This document shows positions 13,227 to 26,643 of a DNA stretch of 64,000 nt, in pieces. Numbering within the stretch: position 1 is the first letter of the stretch; each line of letters begins with the position of its first letter. The translations under genes and the position numbers were made by a program. This stretch comes from Toensbergia leucococca (taxonomy: Eukaryota): the NCBI GenBank assembly GCA_022813965.1, contig JALDZS010000048.1, positions 62,001 to 126,000 on the forward strand. The letters run 5' to 3'. The notes under the pieces are model-generated. The model made no database searches. It had not been told where the DNA came from and saw only the letters and a program-made list of their open reading frames with translations.

Positions 13227-15414
13227 ATGTCGTCCTCACAAACTTTTCTTCCTTCCTCTCCCATATCTCTCACAGCAAGCAGTGGACGCGGACGGAAATC
13301 CCGCTTTACATATAGACATCTTTCACAGCTTGGCTCCTCGTCCACATCATGCCCGTTACGGGTTATCGCTCTCATAGATCTAGATTCTTTCTATGCACAA
13401 TGCGAGATGGTGCGACTCAATGTCCCGGAAGACCAACCGCTCGCTGTCCAGGTCTGCCCATAGATGGTCAAAATAGCTTAGCAAGAAGCTAAATCTCAAT
13501 TAGCAATGGCAAGGACTCATTGCGGTGAATTATCCAGCCAGAAAATTCGGGATAGGAAGATTCATTGCCATTCCAGAGGCCAAAAAGCTGTGTCCGAATT
13601 TGATCATGCAGCATGTAGCAACTTGGAAAGAGGGAGACGAAAAATGGGCATATCATAAGGACGCCTTCGCAGACATGGCAACTCACAAAGTCTCACTAGA
13701 CCCTTATCGTCTTGAGTCAAGAAGAATTCTTGCTTGCATCAAGGACGTGCTACCAGCACCGCCAATACAGAGGGTCGAGAAGGCTAGCATAGATGAAGTC
13801 TTCCTGGATTTATCAGCACAGATTCATGCTATCCTTCTCGAGCGATACCAAGAACTCAGTGGGCCAGCACCGTATGATGATCCTACAGAATACTTACCAC
13901 GGCCTCCTACAACAGCCTTAGACTGGACTACCGATGCATTGATAGACCTAGATACCTCAGAAACAGAGGACGATGACCCTGATTGGGATGATGTTACCAT
14001 GCAGATTGGGTCTGAAATAGTGCGATCAGTGCGTGAAGTCATTCGAGAACGCTTGAAATATACTTGTTCAGCCGGTATCGCGAAAAATAAATTCATTGCC
14101 AAATTGGGGTCTGCCTACAAGAAGCCTAACCAACAAACGGTTGTTAGAAATCGGGCTGTACAACATTTTCTCGAAGGCTTTAAGTTCACTAAGATCCGAA
14201 ATTTGGGAGGAAAGCTAGGGGATCAAGTCGTCTCCACATTTGGTACTGACGAAGTAAAAGAACTGCTACAAGTCCCTTTAGAGCAACTTAAATTTAAACT
14301 GGGGGACGATACAGGATCATGGGTTCACCAAGTCATTCGCGGAGAGGACTTCAGTGAGATTAATTCTCGTACACAAATTAAGTCAATGCTTTCTGCTAAA
14401 TCATTTCGTCCAAGTATAAATACCTTTGAGCAAGCTGTCAGGTGGTTGCGAATCTTTGTCGCCGACATATTCTCTAGACTTGTTGAAGAAGGTGTCCTTG
14501 AGAACAAACGAAGACCAAAGAGTATCAATCTACACCATAGACAAGGTGGGCAGATGAGATCACGGCAGGCTCCCATACCGTCAGGCAGGCCAATTGATGA
14601 GCCCCTGCTGTTTGATCTTGCCAAAACTCTACTTGGACAAATTGTCGTGGACGGTAGAGCATGGCCTTGTGCCAATCTTCAGCTTAGCGTCGGCGGTTTC
14701 GAGGATGGTCTTATTGGTAATCGAGGCATTAGCAGTTTCCTGGTCAAAGGCGATGAAGCAAAAGCTATGAAGCTTATGCTCCGCGATACCGAACAAAATG
14801 GTTCGGCCAAAGAAGATGATAAGCCAGGAAAACGTCGGAAAGTTGACGAGGAAGGAATCCAGAAATTCTTCTCAAGAAGAGAGCCAAGCAGAGATGAGCA
14901 CGGTGACGAAGTTGGCGCCGAGGACCAGGAATTCCCACCAAAAATCGGCTCATCTTCCCCAAGTATCGGCAGTGATGATGCAGCTTTATGCAACGCGGCT
15001 AGGGTCTACGATAACACAAATCTACGAGCAAACAATATTCCTGCAACTGATCATACGGCAACGGTGGATGCTACATCCTCTGAAACCACACCAGGTGTTT
15101 CAACTTTCCTCCATCAATCTTCGATATCATCTTACTATTGCGCTCGATGTAGGAAGTCTCTCTCTGCAGCAGATAAAGCAGAACATGAGGACTGGCACTT
15201 CGCCAAGGATTTGCAGGTCGATCAGCAGAGTACTTCAACATCAACAGGTGCTCGAACAACCTCTCAAATAGATTTCGCAACAGATCAAAACAAAGACTCG
15301 ATGATTGTAGGTTTACGTAAGGGTCCTAAAAAGCCTGGAGGCGGCAAGCCCAGCATAGTCCAAAATCAGAAGAAGACGGAAAAGGGTCAAAGCCGACTGC
15401 AATTTGGACATTGA
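13227..15414 (+). CDS. RAD30: DNA polymerase eta (Y-family)
   Basis: IALIDLDSFYAQCE, AVQ|QW..AVNYPAR, ASIDEVFLD, SAGIAKNKFIAKL, UBZ finger CARC..EHEDWHFAKDLQ, PIP-like QSRLQF. Intron 13452-13503. Confidence 0.95.
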
Positions 15415-16397
15415 AGAACAGGGGGAGAATATTTGCCGATGTTTGCGTTGATGTTGCACGATGTTACCTGATACGATGAGCATGATACGGCATTGTATGG
15501 GACCATCAGCCTGGTGATCAGGGTAGTCAGAGTCTGCCAAAGACAGTCTCTGGAATTCATTATGATATATCATTGGAGTGACAGCTTTTAAGATAGTAGT
15601 GGATCCTAACGAACCCAGAGCCATGAAATCTGCCACATTATCGGTAGCCTTACGGAGTACTGTAGATTTCTATCTCATGTGCGAAGTTCAAGCATGTGCA
15701 AGGCACATTTTTAGTCACCTCATGGCTGCCTTAACGGCACTATCTTAGTGCTTTTTCAGCATTGCTGCCCAACGTAAACGAGCAGTGGAACCTCAATTAA
15801 TGCACTCTTTTGCGAGGCTGAAGATTCATCAAGTGGAACAGAGCAATGGATGAATCAACTATCGTCAACATAGGCTATCTTATTTTTATTATACCTACCA
15901 GTCATGCCCATTTTCCCGCTCGATCGAATCCCACCTTCGATTTGTGAGGCACATCGTCTGCAGCAATCAAAGTAGCGCTTATACTTGGCCCAATCCACTC
16001 CAAGCTGCCAGCCCCACCCTTTTCCCACGCTTTTTCCCAGCCTCTCACTGACATCCACGTCAAGCTGAAAATCACGCACAAGCGACGGATCATCTCGCAT
16101 CCAGCCAATCTTCTTGGACAACCCACTCTTAGCCTTCTCGAAGACCACCTATTGCATACGTTCATTCGGCCAAGAGCCTCGCTGCCTAGGACTACTTCAC
16201 CAAAGCTGACCCCGCGTCTGTGCATCCACAATCTGCATTCTCCACCAACCTTGTGATCGCCACCGTTGGATAAGCAATCCTTTTGGAATCAGCCCTCGAC
16301 TCTTTCGTGCCTTGTCTCCATTTGCATTGTTCCATCTCGGGTTTTCTTTACAGTCTGTAGGTATTCGCTTTCACCCATCTTCAGGGAGCCCTTGATC

Positions 16398-17644
16398 ATG
16401 ACCACCCGACGTGAAAATGAGCGTGATGACCGAAACCGTGACCGAGGAGACCGCTACAAGGAGCGTGGCCCTCGACAAGAACCCAGGGAACCAGTAAGAA
16501 GAAACGAAAAGCTGAATGAATTCTTCGTCGATGGAGACGGCATCCATCGGGATGTCATGCAGAGAGAGATTTGTAAATACCTTGGAGCCGAAGCACTGTC
16601 AAGGCCAGCAGAATACAATGTCCGGCAACCCACTTGATCTCTCTCGTACTCACCTCATCCAGACTGACTATTAAACAGGGTAAAAAAGGATACATTATCA
16701 AGGCTGTGCGCCCGTTCACCCCGGTAAGTTTGTCTCATTGATGATGGCATTTTCCGTCGCTAAGAGATCCTCGACTTCACCAGGAAATGTTAGAGGACCT
16801 TCAAGTACTATCAAGTGATTATATAGCGGAGATGCAAATCAACAGGAAGCGAGGCCGTCAAGGTAGTCCGAAGAGACATTTGCTCCTTGCTGATCTACCT
16901 AACATGTCCTTAGATCTCCCCTACGGTGACTCTGACACATACCGACAAAGAGAAAGTGGGATACCGCCTCAAGAGCCCCGGATACCAGAATCCCGCTATC
17001 CTCAGGACCGTTATGCGCCGTATCCTCCAGCGAATTATAATGCCACCTCTGGATATCCACCGGGGGCTAAATATCCAACACAACCGGGACCTGGGTATCC
17101 GGCGGGGTCCATATATTCACCAGGTTCCGTTTATTCAGAAGTATCGAGCTATCCAGTCTCCTCAGGCTATCCAGCTTCTTCGGGCTATCCAGCTTCCTCG
17201 GGCTATCCAGCCTCCTCGGGCTATCCAGCCTCTGCCGGATACCCAGCCTCTGGCTCTGGAAGACCTGGAAATCCATATGAGCCGCCGAATTACATCTATG
17301 AGCAAACAGGGGAGTATGCTAGTCAAGGATATCCATATAACCAGCCAGGCGTCGCCTACCCAGGTGGTGCTCCATCAAGAGATCCCAGAGCGTATTCTTA
17401 TGTATCATCACCTCAAGATATCCCTGGTCGAGGTGCCGTCGTTGATGAAAGGTACGGATCTTATTATGACTCGGCGACCATGCCTCCCCAACAAGGCCGA
17501 AGTGGGTATGCAATTCCGTCTAGAGGGACACCAACTGGATATGAGGGAACGGCACCTCCTCCGCCACGAGAGGGATTTCCTCAGCCACGAGATGGATATC
17601 CTCAGCCACGAGATGGATTCGGAAGCCAACGTCCACGACGATGA
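16398..17644 (+). CDS. RfeG-like protein with G/Y/P/S-rich low-complexity C-terminus
   Basis: N-terminal EFFVDGDGIHRDVMQREICKYLGAEALSRP..GYIIKAVRPFT.EMLEDL resembles the RfeG-type domain. Introns at about 16620-16678, 16723-16783 and 16863-16913. Confidence 0.75.
17147..17254 (+). repeat. 18-bp coding tandem repeat, 6 copies (GYPASS)
   Basis: GGCTATCCAGCYTCYTCG-like units at 17147, 17165, 17183, 17201, 17219 and 17237. Confidence 0.9.
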
Positions 17645-19540
17645 TTTTGACTGCAGTCCTATCTCAGCAATGAATTCACCACCACGACTTAGCTTGGCTA
17701 TTTTCTCTTTTTCCTTCTATGATCCAGCCGTGTGTCTATACCAAGTTCCAGGAGTGTCAGACATATTTCATCTGCATTTGTTTCAGGAGTTACGACTTTC
17801 TGATGGCGGCCTGGTCCAGACCATTTTCCTCAGGCTCTCGGAAGTTCCAAATAGAAACTGATATAGATATCAGTATGGCATATCCACGAAAAGGTTCGTA
17901 TGGAGAGCCTTACCTGAGTACATCCAGAAAATCGACGCGTGGAGTATTGATTTCAGCCTGAAGCAGCTTTTGTCTGAATCCTACGTTCCAGATCTCGGCC
18001 GTGGCTTTATCCCTGGTGCCCTGTTGGCCTTAGCAAAGTTCTAATCTTCGAATATCACCTTGGCACAAGGTCTTCTTTTTTGATATGCGGAGTAATTGGT
18101 TTCCTAGTTGTTGGCACATTGTTCTTGTTTCGTGCTTTCCATTTAAAATCGGTATAACTTCTCATGACTGATAATCATCACGCCGGCTTTGTCTATGAGG
18201 GATGCTTGTGGCGACCGATCAGGGATGTTCAAAGAGGATCGCTTGGGTGGTCTTCTTCTGCGCGTTGTACATATTCACGGCTGTTTACGCATCCTGAAAG
18301 GTCTCTAGACCTGCATGGCTTTGGTGTTCATGAGCCATCCTAGGCGGTTGTTTTGCCTGCCTCATCTGGTTTCGGCTACCATAACTTTACGACAGATTTG
18401 CAGACAATCATTGGTACTTTACTGACTCGTACATTATGTGAAATGAAGATGCCAACGTTTTTCGCATTCACGGAGCGTTGGCCTTTCTGTTCTTGGATAC
18501 CATTGCTCCTGGCGGACACCATTACCTTATCTACTCTTGACTTTCAGACAAAACTGGAAAAAAATATCAAGTCGGGTGCACGTCGGAACCGTGAGAGCTT
18601 CACTTATGCCAATTTGCTTGGACCAATGACCTTTCGAGTCTGGGATATTCTTGGCTTCTATTGATTGCTCTTCAATCCTGAGAATTAGATGTTCGTTCAC
18701 GGCCTCGATAGGATGACCTGACAAGATTCTAATTTCGTCAGAATTGTTTATGTGATGTGTCTCCGTCGCCAAACCTCGGCAGCCAAGTCATACTTATCAT
18801 CAGATTTGTCATATCTAACAATTCAGCCGCAAAGCCTTCCAACCATACACATACTGGACGGAGAACATCAGCACATGAGTTGACTGAATTCGAAGGGTTG
18901 AGATTGGGTACTTTTTTGTCATCAAACCAATGGAGCAGGAGAAGTCTGACTGAACCCCGTGATGTTCCGTGCCTGTCTCCCATGACAAGAGGCTGTAGTT
19001 CCGTGCCCCCACTTTTGTAGGCAAACACTTGATATTCGTACCATGAGTTTAATCAAGTTAATTGTGAGAGCTAGCTGCATCCAATAATATACAAATAATG
19101 ACCGACGTCATTTTATAATATGTAAGGTAGTGAAGTGTTCATATCACACATCACACCGGTCAATATCAGGCCGCGGGGGCGCATCCACAAGTAGTCTTGT
19201 AAATTCATCTCAAATTCTCAACCTTCGTGCTTTGAATCCCTCGACGAGTGGTCTTGTTTGGATTTAATGCAACGGCTCCCAGGTCACTTATGCATGCGAC
19301 ATTGTGTCAGATGCGAGTTTCATCACTACGATAAGCTTGCCTCGTGTGCATACTCCCTCGACTAAGCCCCACCAACACGGTCCACGCAACTCTACTCAAT
19401 CTAAGTGGAACCGGCTGTGTCTTTTTGGTCAAAGGCCACACTCACACACATTGCCTTTCCGACATAACATCTTGTCGACGTCTAATTTCCTGCCTTCTCC
19501 CTCACCTTGAGTGTTTGGTGGTCTACATCCACCAAGAATT

Positions 19541-21686
19541 ATGTCACGTCGGGGCTACCCCACGAGCGAGATTTCAGAACAGCGGGAACGTGAATACTAC
19601 ACTCCTGGAAGTCGTCGCGGTGGAAGGACTGAAGTCGAAGAAATTGATATCCGCGAAAGAAGACGTGCTTCAGAACGTGAGCCGGAATTCCTACGAGAAG
19701 ACTATGGTCGTAGTACTGCTGGCCCTCTTGTCATTCGTGAGAAGAAAAGTGAAACCATCGATTACCAGCCAAGAGAAAGGGTTCGCGAACGACCACGCGA
19801 GAGGGAGGTTGAAAGAGATGAGTTGATAATAGCCAGGGGTGTTCGGCCCAGAGAAAGAGACATAAATAGGAGTAGGGAGGAATTAGTCTACAGAACCGGA
19901 GAGCGAGAGAGGCCTGTGGCTAGGGAAGTAGAGAGAGAAGAGATCGTTTATCGACCACGCGAGAGGGAGCCGTCAGCCCCATTGCCACCGCAACAGATCA
20001 TGAGAGAGAGGGAAGAGTTTGTATACCGACCCCGGGCGAGGGAGCCAAGTTATGAAAGGGAAGAGATCTCGATCAAGAGAGATGACCGATCAAGAGAACG
20101 TCCTAGGGGTTTTGAAAAAGAAGAAATCTCAATCAGAAAGGAGGAACGATCGAGAGAACGGCCTAGGGAGCGAGAGAGAGGATTCGAGGAGGAAGAAATC
20201 ATTATTCGAAGGGGAGAGAGGGAACGTGAAAGAGAAAGACCAAGACCCAGGGAATCGAGCTTCGAGAGAGAGGATATTGTGATTAGGAGGGGTGAGAGAG
20301 AAAGACCTCGGGAGAGAGAAAGAGACTACAGAGAAGACGATATTACCATCCGACGGGAAGAAGTTGAAAGACCAAGGGAGCGAGAGCGAGAGCGAGAACG
20401 AGAAGACATCATCATAAGGCGAGAAGATGTTCAAAGACCAAGAGAGCGAGAACGCGAGCGGGAAGATATCATCATACGCCGAGAAGATGTTGAAAGACCA
20501 AGAGAACGAAACGTCGCAAGAGAAGAGATCATCATCAGGCGTGGTGAAAGAGAGCGAGAGCGAGAGCCAGAGCCAGAGCCAGAACCAGAGCCAGAGCCAA
20601 TTCCTGAGCCTGAACCCATTCGCGCCCCACCGATCCACCAGGAAATAATTACTCATCACCGTCACGTAGATCATGGTAAGTCTACATTCAGAGTCACCTC
20701 GACGATGAGGATATTATTGACACACCCAAGGCTTTGAACGTGCACCCATCGAACGTGCACCAGTGCCAACTCCACCTCGTCCGAGGTCTCCCTCCCCCGA
20801 AAGTAGCTTTGAGAAGATTGAGATCCAGCGCCGGTTAGTCTTTTCTAAACCGCCTACAGCAAGTTCATACTAAGTTGTACCAGTGGCTCTAGAAATGGCC
20901 GACATTACGACGATGATATAATATTTGAACGTGAAAGCGGCCGCAAAAAGGGCCGTGAGGAACGCGGTGGCCGCCGCCGCTCTATAAGCGGGGGCCGTCG
21001 AAGTAACGTTTACAGCACTCGTGACGAATTGGACATAGCTGAAGAGGCCGAATACTATAGTCAGCGGGCTAGTGATCGTTCGTACATCGGCGAAGGGTTC
21101 AATGGCGCTACTAAAGACTGGGCTATTGTCGATGTACCACCCGGTACTAAGAGAGTACAGATGGAGGGGGTTGGAGGCGCCAACCAAGAGGTTACATGGC
21201 AGCGGTACAATGGCGTGAGGAGAAGCAAATTCGTTGCCGATGAAGAGGTTTATGGTGGGGAAATGGTTGTTCAGGATACAAGGGACAAGGGAAGAAGGTT
21301 TGTAGCCGAGAAGGCAAAGGAAGAAGTCATGTGGACGGAGATCACCAAGGATCTAGTTGTTAAAGAGGCGATTGAGGAACAGGGATACGAGTTCGAGGAG
21401 ACGGATCTGTTCTTCTACGTCATGTCGTATCTCAGATATGTAAGTGTTCTGTCATCCGAGATTGCTGATGTGAATGCTGACCACGGCGTAGGAGGATGTC
21501 TTGAAACTGGTAGAGGTTTCCGAGGATGTGAGGAGGGACAGACGAGATCGAATTCGGGAGATTCAATGGGAACGAGAGCGTGTACCTGAGCGGAGGAAGC
21601 AGCTTGCCCTCCCGTGGGACGAAGAGCGCATTGTCGAGAGAGAGATTATTTACGAGGGAGCGCCACCGCCACGAAGGTATCGCTGA
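19541..21686 (+). CDS. Conserved Arg/Glu-rich mixed-charge protein with small C-terminal domain (DUF8035-like, from memory)
   Basis: MSRRGYPTSE.. R/E repeats .. HQEIITHHRHVDHG|..|..DWAIVDVPPGT..QEVTWQRYNGVRR..MWTEITKDLVVKEAIEEQGYEFEET..LRY|EDVLKLVE. 3 introns at about 20676-20730, 20833-20883 and 21440-21491. Confidence 0.85.
20060..20612 (+). repeat. Degenerate ~57-66-bp coding repeats (EE/ED-III-RR..RPRERE) ending in (GAGCGA)n/(GAGCCA)n hexamer runs
   Basis: Recurring GAAGA(Y)ATCATCAT..CG.GAAGA..GAAAGACC units; RE and EP dipeptide runs at about 20548-20612. Confidence 0.8.
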
Positions 21687-22136
21687 GCCTTGTGCTCAGA
21701 AGGATCGAGGACTGAAGGTAGGTACATACGAATGAACGACATTGATGGTTTTAGATGGCATAGCACGAGAGCACAAAGGTTTTGCACAGCAAGCAGGTCG
21801 GGGCCGGAGAATGATTTCTAGCGTCTGACGAAGGTTCATGAAAAGACATAACGATCCATAGCTCCTTGTAAGTCACATAAATTGCATGCTTTGTCCTAAG
21901 GGTTCTTTCCGATTTTTCTTTTAGGGAAGCAAAGTATAAAAACATGACGAGAGAGCAGCCCGCATCTCTTTCTAATTCTTCACCTGCTCAAGATATTCAT
22001 TTGATCCAGTATCACTGTTTTCAGGCGATGTCGATTTCGCTCTGAGACGTCAACGACGAGTATGAAAATCAGAGGCATCGACAACCGAGGAATGATGGCA
22101 GTGACATCGAAGTCCTACCAAAATATTATTCTAGTT

Positions 22137-22961
22137 TTACAGCTTCTGTAATCTTTGATCGACAATCCTTCCCACCATCTTTTCCAACATCGCCATATCC
22201 CCACCCCCTTTTCCCTCAAAATACCCCTGAACACTCTTCTCCACATACTTTCCCACCATATCAACCTCAACATTAACCTCCTCGCCGGCCTTCTTCCCCG
22301 CCATCACAACGCGCTCCTGCGTGTACGCAATCAACATAACCTCCCACCACCCATCGACCCCATCTTCCACTTGCGTCACCGTCAGGCTCGCCCCATCAAG
22401 TGTCACATAACCCTTGTCCACTACATATCTCAAAACCTCCTTCTCGCGGGGCTGCAATCGGAAAGTGAGGGCGTTGCCGTCCGGTGTTACGGAGAGGATG
22501 GTGGCAATGGTGTCGACATGGCCTTGGACGAAGTGGCCACCCATGCGCGTCGAGGCGGAAACGGCGCGCTCGAGATTTACGGTCGAGCCGGTGGTGAGAG
22601 AGCCAAGACTTGTGCGACGAAGCGTCTCCGGGGAGACGCCGACTTTGAAGTCTTGGGGGGTGAATTCAGTGATTGTGAGGCAGGTCCCTGGGTAGGGGCT
22701 TTTAGTGATTGGCATTCGAGAGGAATTAGAGAAGGGAGGAGGAACCATTGATGCTGATACTATCACCGAGATGGGCATCGGTGAGGATGTCGGCGCAGTC
22801 GGAGATAGTTAGGGAGGTTCCTCCGCCGCCGCTGGAGGTGTCATCGTGCTTTTCGAGGGTGGAGACGGCTGCCTGGGGTCAGCTTAGCTGGCGGAGCACA
22901 ATTTGTGGATTGATTTTGAGGTGTGCTTACTGCCTATAGTCTCCACTATGCCGGTAAACAT
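22137..22961 (-). CDS. RIB5: Riboflavin synthase
   Basis: MFTGIVETIG|..LGDSISING|TCLTI..ETLRRTSLG..VNLERA..MGGHFVQGHVD..VNVEVD. 2 introns. Confidence 0.96.
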
Positions 22962-23160
22962 CGTGATAGGTAGGTCTGCCAAGTGAGCTGATCAAATCAC
23001 TTGAAGAGCAAGACTGGGAGATCGATGACGACTCTCAAAATATTCCCTCGATTCCCAGTGCCCCGCTGATGACGGATTTCGGTTGCGGGGCAATCAATAA
23101 CCTTAGAGCACCTTGCTCTCGACATACTTTCATTCGTGCAACAATCTCTCGAGCAGTGTC

Positions 23161-24806
23161 ATGAATCCGTCTAGAGCTCTGCCTTCTGCTCGAACTTGTT
23201 TGAGAACGAGTATACGTTCCAATGGCTCGAGAAATACTTTATTCCGTGGTCTTGCTACAGCAACGACTGCGGACTCTCCAACTCTCCCACTGGCTGGCAT
23301 CCGTGTACTAGACATGACCCGAGTTTTGGCCGGTGTACGCATATCCAGTTCCCCAATGATCCAAGTCGTTACCTGCTAAACTCCACGTAGCCATATTGTA
23401 CGCAGATCCTCGGAGACCTTGGGTAGGCGACATCGAGCTCAGTATGATCCACGTTCAACTGCCTGCGGGATCTGCATACATTCCATAGCTGACCTTGGAG
23501 TTCGAGTTCAGCGCCGAGGTCATCAAGATTGAGCATCCCACCCGCGGTGACGATACTAGAGCATGGGGCCCGCCATATGCAAAGCATGTTAAAGGGGCAA
23601 GAACGGACGGGCCCGGCGAAAGCGCTTACTTCCTGTCGGTGAGGTATACAAAAGTCTGTGGTAGAGCGCCTGTTTGATTCTTTCTCCAGGTAAACCGGAA
23701 CAAGAAGTCCTTGGGACTGTCCTTTGCCCACCCATCTGGGGTCGAAATCTTGCACAAGCTAGCAAAAGATTGCGATGTCCTCGTGGAGAACTACTTGCCA
23801 GATACTCTCAGAAAATACAAGATGGACTTTGATACGCTACATCAACTGAATCCGAGCCTAATTTACGCAAGCATTACCGGCTACGGCCAGACTGGCCCTT
23901 ATCGAAGACGGGCTGGCTACGACGTAATGGTCGAAGCGGAAATGGGATTAATGCATATCACTGGATCAAGAGATGGCCCACCGGTCAAAGTTGGCGTTGC
24001 CGTCACTGATTTAACCACGGGACTCTACACATCAAACTCCATCATGGCAGCACTACTCGGCCGAGCAAGAACAGGCAAAGGCCAGCACATCGACATAGCT
24101 CTGAGCGACTGCCAAGTAGCGACTCTAGCGAACATGGCCAGCTCGGCCTTGATCAGTGGACAACCTGACTCAGGAAGGTGGGGCACAGCGCACCGTACGC
24201 CCAACTCCACGCCTAGCACTCATACCAAAGATTAACAGATCGCAGCGTCCATCGTCCCCTACCAAGCCTTCAAAACCAGTGATGGTGACATCCTCCTCGG
24301 TGGCGGCAACGATCGCCTGTTCGGCGTGCTTTGCGACAAAATCGGAAAGCCCGAATGGAAGACGGATGAAAGATTCATCACGAACAATGTCCGGGTCAAA
24401 AATAGGATCGCACTGGAAGCTATGATCGAAGCGGAGACAAGAGCAAAGACGACAGAACAGTGGCTGCAGATTTTGGATGAGAGCGGTATGCCCTACGCCG
24501 CCGTCAACGATATCCAAGGAACTCTGAATCACGAGCATGGTAAGATAGGCGTACCATACACCGCTGACCAGCATGCTAACAACATACTAAACAGTACTCG
24601 CGCGTGATATGGTCAAAGAAATCGAGCATCCCACCTGTGGTCCGATGAAATTAGTCAATACGCCCGTCAAATACTCCTATTCAGAGCCGAGTATCCGAAC
24701 ACCCCCGCCACTTCTAGGCCAGCACACAGACGAGGTCTTGAGAGAAGTTGTGGGGATGAGTGATGCTGAGATAGGGGGGTTGAGAAAAGAGGGTGTTGTT
24801 GGATAG
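23161..24806 (+). CDS. CoA-transferase family III (CaiB/BaiF; SUGCT-like), probably mitochondrial
   Basis: Arg/Ser-rich presequence, [72 protein letters not shown]. 5 introns. Confidence 0.93.
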
Positions 24807-25205
24807 GCTAGCTAGAGCTAGAAGTAGCTGTGAGTCAAGACTTGTCATGAAAGTAGCTGCGTAGTTTCGGAGTGATGGTGCATGTGTGCTTTTGCGTAGA
24901 CGAACTTAAGAGTAATGGCCGCAGGATGGTGAAGATCATTGCTCATGCCCGCTCCCACTTTTAGGCAATACACCCACCTATCAATACATGCGATGCTCCT
25001 ACAAAGGCAAACCATAGCAAAGCAATCCCTACTCTCAGCTCCCATGCTTATGCGAAACCTATCAAGCCCTCCCAAAGCACATAGCAACACATCTACCCAC
25101 ACACCCCCTACCACCAGACCCCGAAAACACCCACCCACACCCAACCTCTCCCCAACTGAAAGGCACCCCAGCTCGACTTCCTCCCCCCACCCACCAAAGG
25201 CTCCC

Positions 25206-26643
25206 TCAAGCACCCACCCTCACCACCCCGACCCCATCCCCCCAAAAATGACTAAAAACGCCCACATCATCATCGACCAACAGCGCCAAATCCGCACTCT
25301 CGGGCGGCAAGCGGACGCCGTTGCCCGGTTTGGGATACGGGAGGGGCGAGTAAAAGGGGTCGTCTTCTTCTGCTGGATGGGGAGCGGAGAGGGAGGGGAG
25401 TTGGGAGGAGTGGTGGGGAGGGGGGGTAGAGGGGTTGGGGGGGAGGAAGATGGGGAGGGTTGGGTAGAGGGTTGAGGCGTGGAGGAGGAGGGAGATTAGG
25501 TGCTGCGAGGGGAGGGATTGGAGGTGTTTTCGTTTCTGAGGGTGGGGGGCCGGGATAGGACCATAGTGTTAGCCTTCCCCCTGTAAGTATCGCCTCCCCT
25601 ACCGGAAACACGGATCCACCCCCCCGGAATGACAGAAGAGCAAGAAAAGAAAAGAACAGCCCACTCACCTCAACAACACTCATCCCCTCCCCCCCAACCC
25701 TCCCCTCCACCCTCCCCCTCTCCTCCCGCATGAAACAACACTCCCCACAAAACCATTCCCGCGCCTCCACCAGCAAAACCTCCCCCTCAATCACCCCATC
25801 GTGGCAATACTGATGCCAGCCGCGATCGCACCCGTCACAGAATACAATCACGTTCCCGGCGGGAGAGTGCCCGCGTCCGCAGTTGCAGCATATGCTCCCT
25901 TCGCCCGGCTTGCGCTTGCCGCCTCGGGTCTTTTTTTCTTTTCCCGCAGTGGCGGTGGTGGTGGTAGTAATCGTAGCAGCAGCAGTAGCAGCAGGGACGC
26001 GCGGATCTCCAACCTCAACACCCCCACTCCCAGCAGCAGAAGCATTGACCTTGAAAATCTTCCGCCCAGACCTCGACAGCGCCGGCAACTCCAAAGCCAT
26101 CTCGCTCCCCTCCGTCTCCACCCCTCCTTCCTCCTCTTCCTCCTCACCTCGCTTTCTCTTCCCTCCCCTTCCCCCTCTCCCCCTCCCAAAACCCCTACTC
26201 CTCGGTCTACCCCCTCTATTCTTCCCCCTAGTCCTCCCGCCACTGCCAGGCTCAGTGCTCTCACTAGCTTCTTTCTCGGCTTTGATGCCGACGCTTGCTC
26301 GACCGCCGCGGCCGCGCCGACCACCTGTTCCGCGACGGCGGGGGGCTTGGGGGTGGGGGTCTCCGGGGTGGTTGCCGCCGTGGGTGGGTGTGGGGATTTG
26401 GGGTGTTTGGGCCGGTTGGGGAAGGGGTTGGGTTTGGACAGAGGGTTTTGGTGGTGAAGGGGTGAGTGCGGGGAGGGGCGTTAGGGAGAGGCTTTTTGTT
26501 GTTGGAGGGGCGGACATGGAGGAGGATGTTTGGCGGGAGGCGGGGGGGTTGGGTTCTTTTGGGGGAGAGGGATGGGGGGTAGTGGGGGGGAGGAATTGAA
26601 GGAATTGGAGGGTTGAGGATTCGAGCTGGTGGTTTTGAGACAT
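25206..26643 (-). CDS. PHD-finger protein with RGR/AT-hook-like basic region (alternative start at 26685)
   Basis: CCNC..IVFCDGC..WHQYCH..WFCGEC (C4HC3). Intron at about 25668-25536 (GTGAGT..GCTAAC..CAG). Exon 2 reads KRKHLQSLPSQHLISLLLHA..YPKPGNGVRLPPESADLALLVDDD..FSH..GA*. Confidence 0.85.

Noticed and set aside
13227..15414. Eso1-type Pol eta-Eco1 fusion
   Set aside because: The ORF ends after the UBZ/PIP motifs; no acetyltransferase domain follows.
16926..17861. 311-aa alternative-frame ORF over the RfeG-like gene
   Set aside because: GTG start, repeat-derived, no recognisable domain; expected from codon bias.
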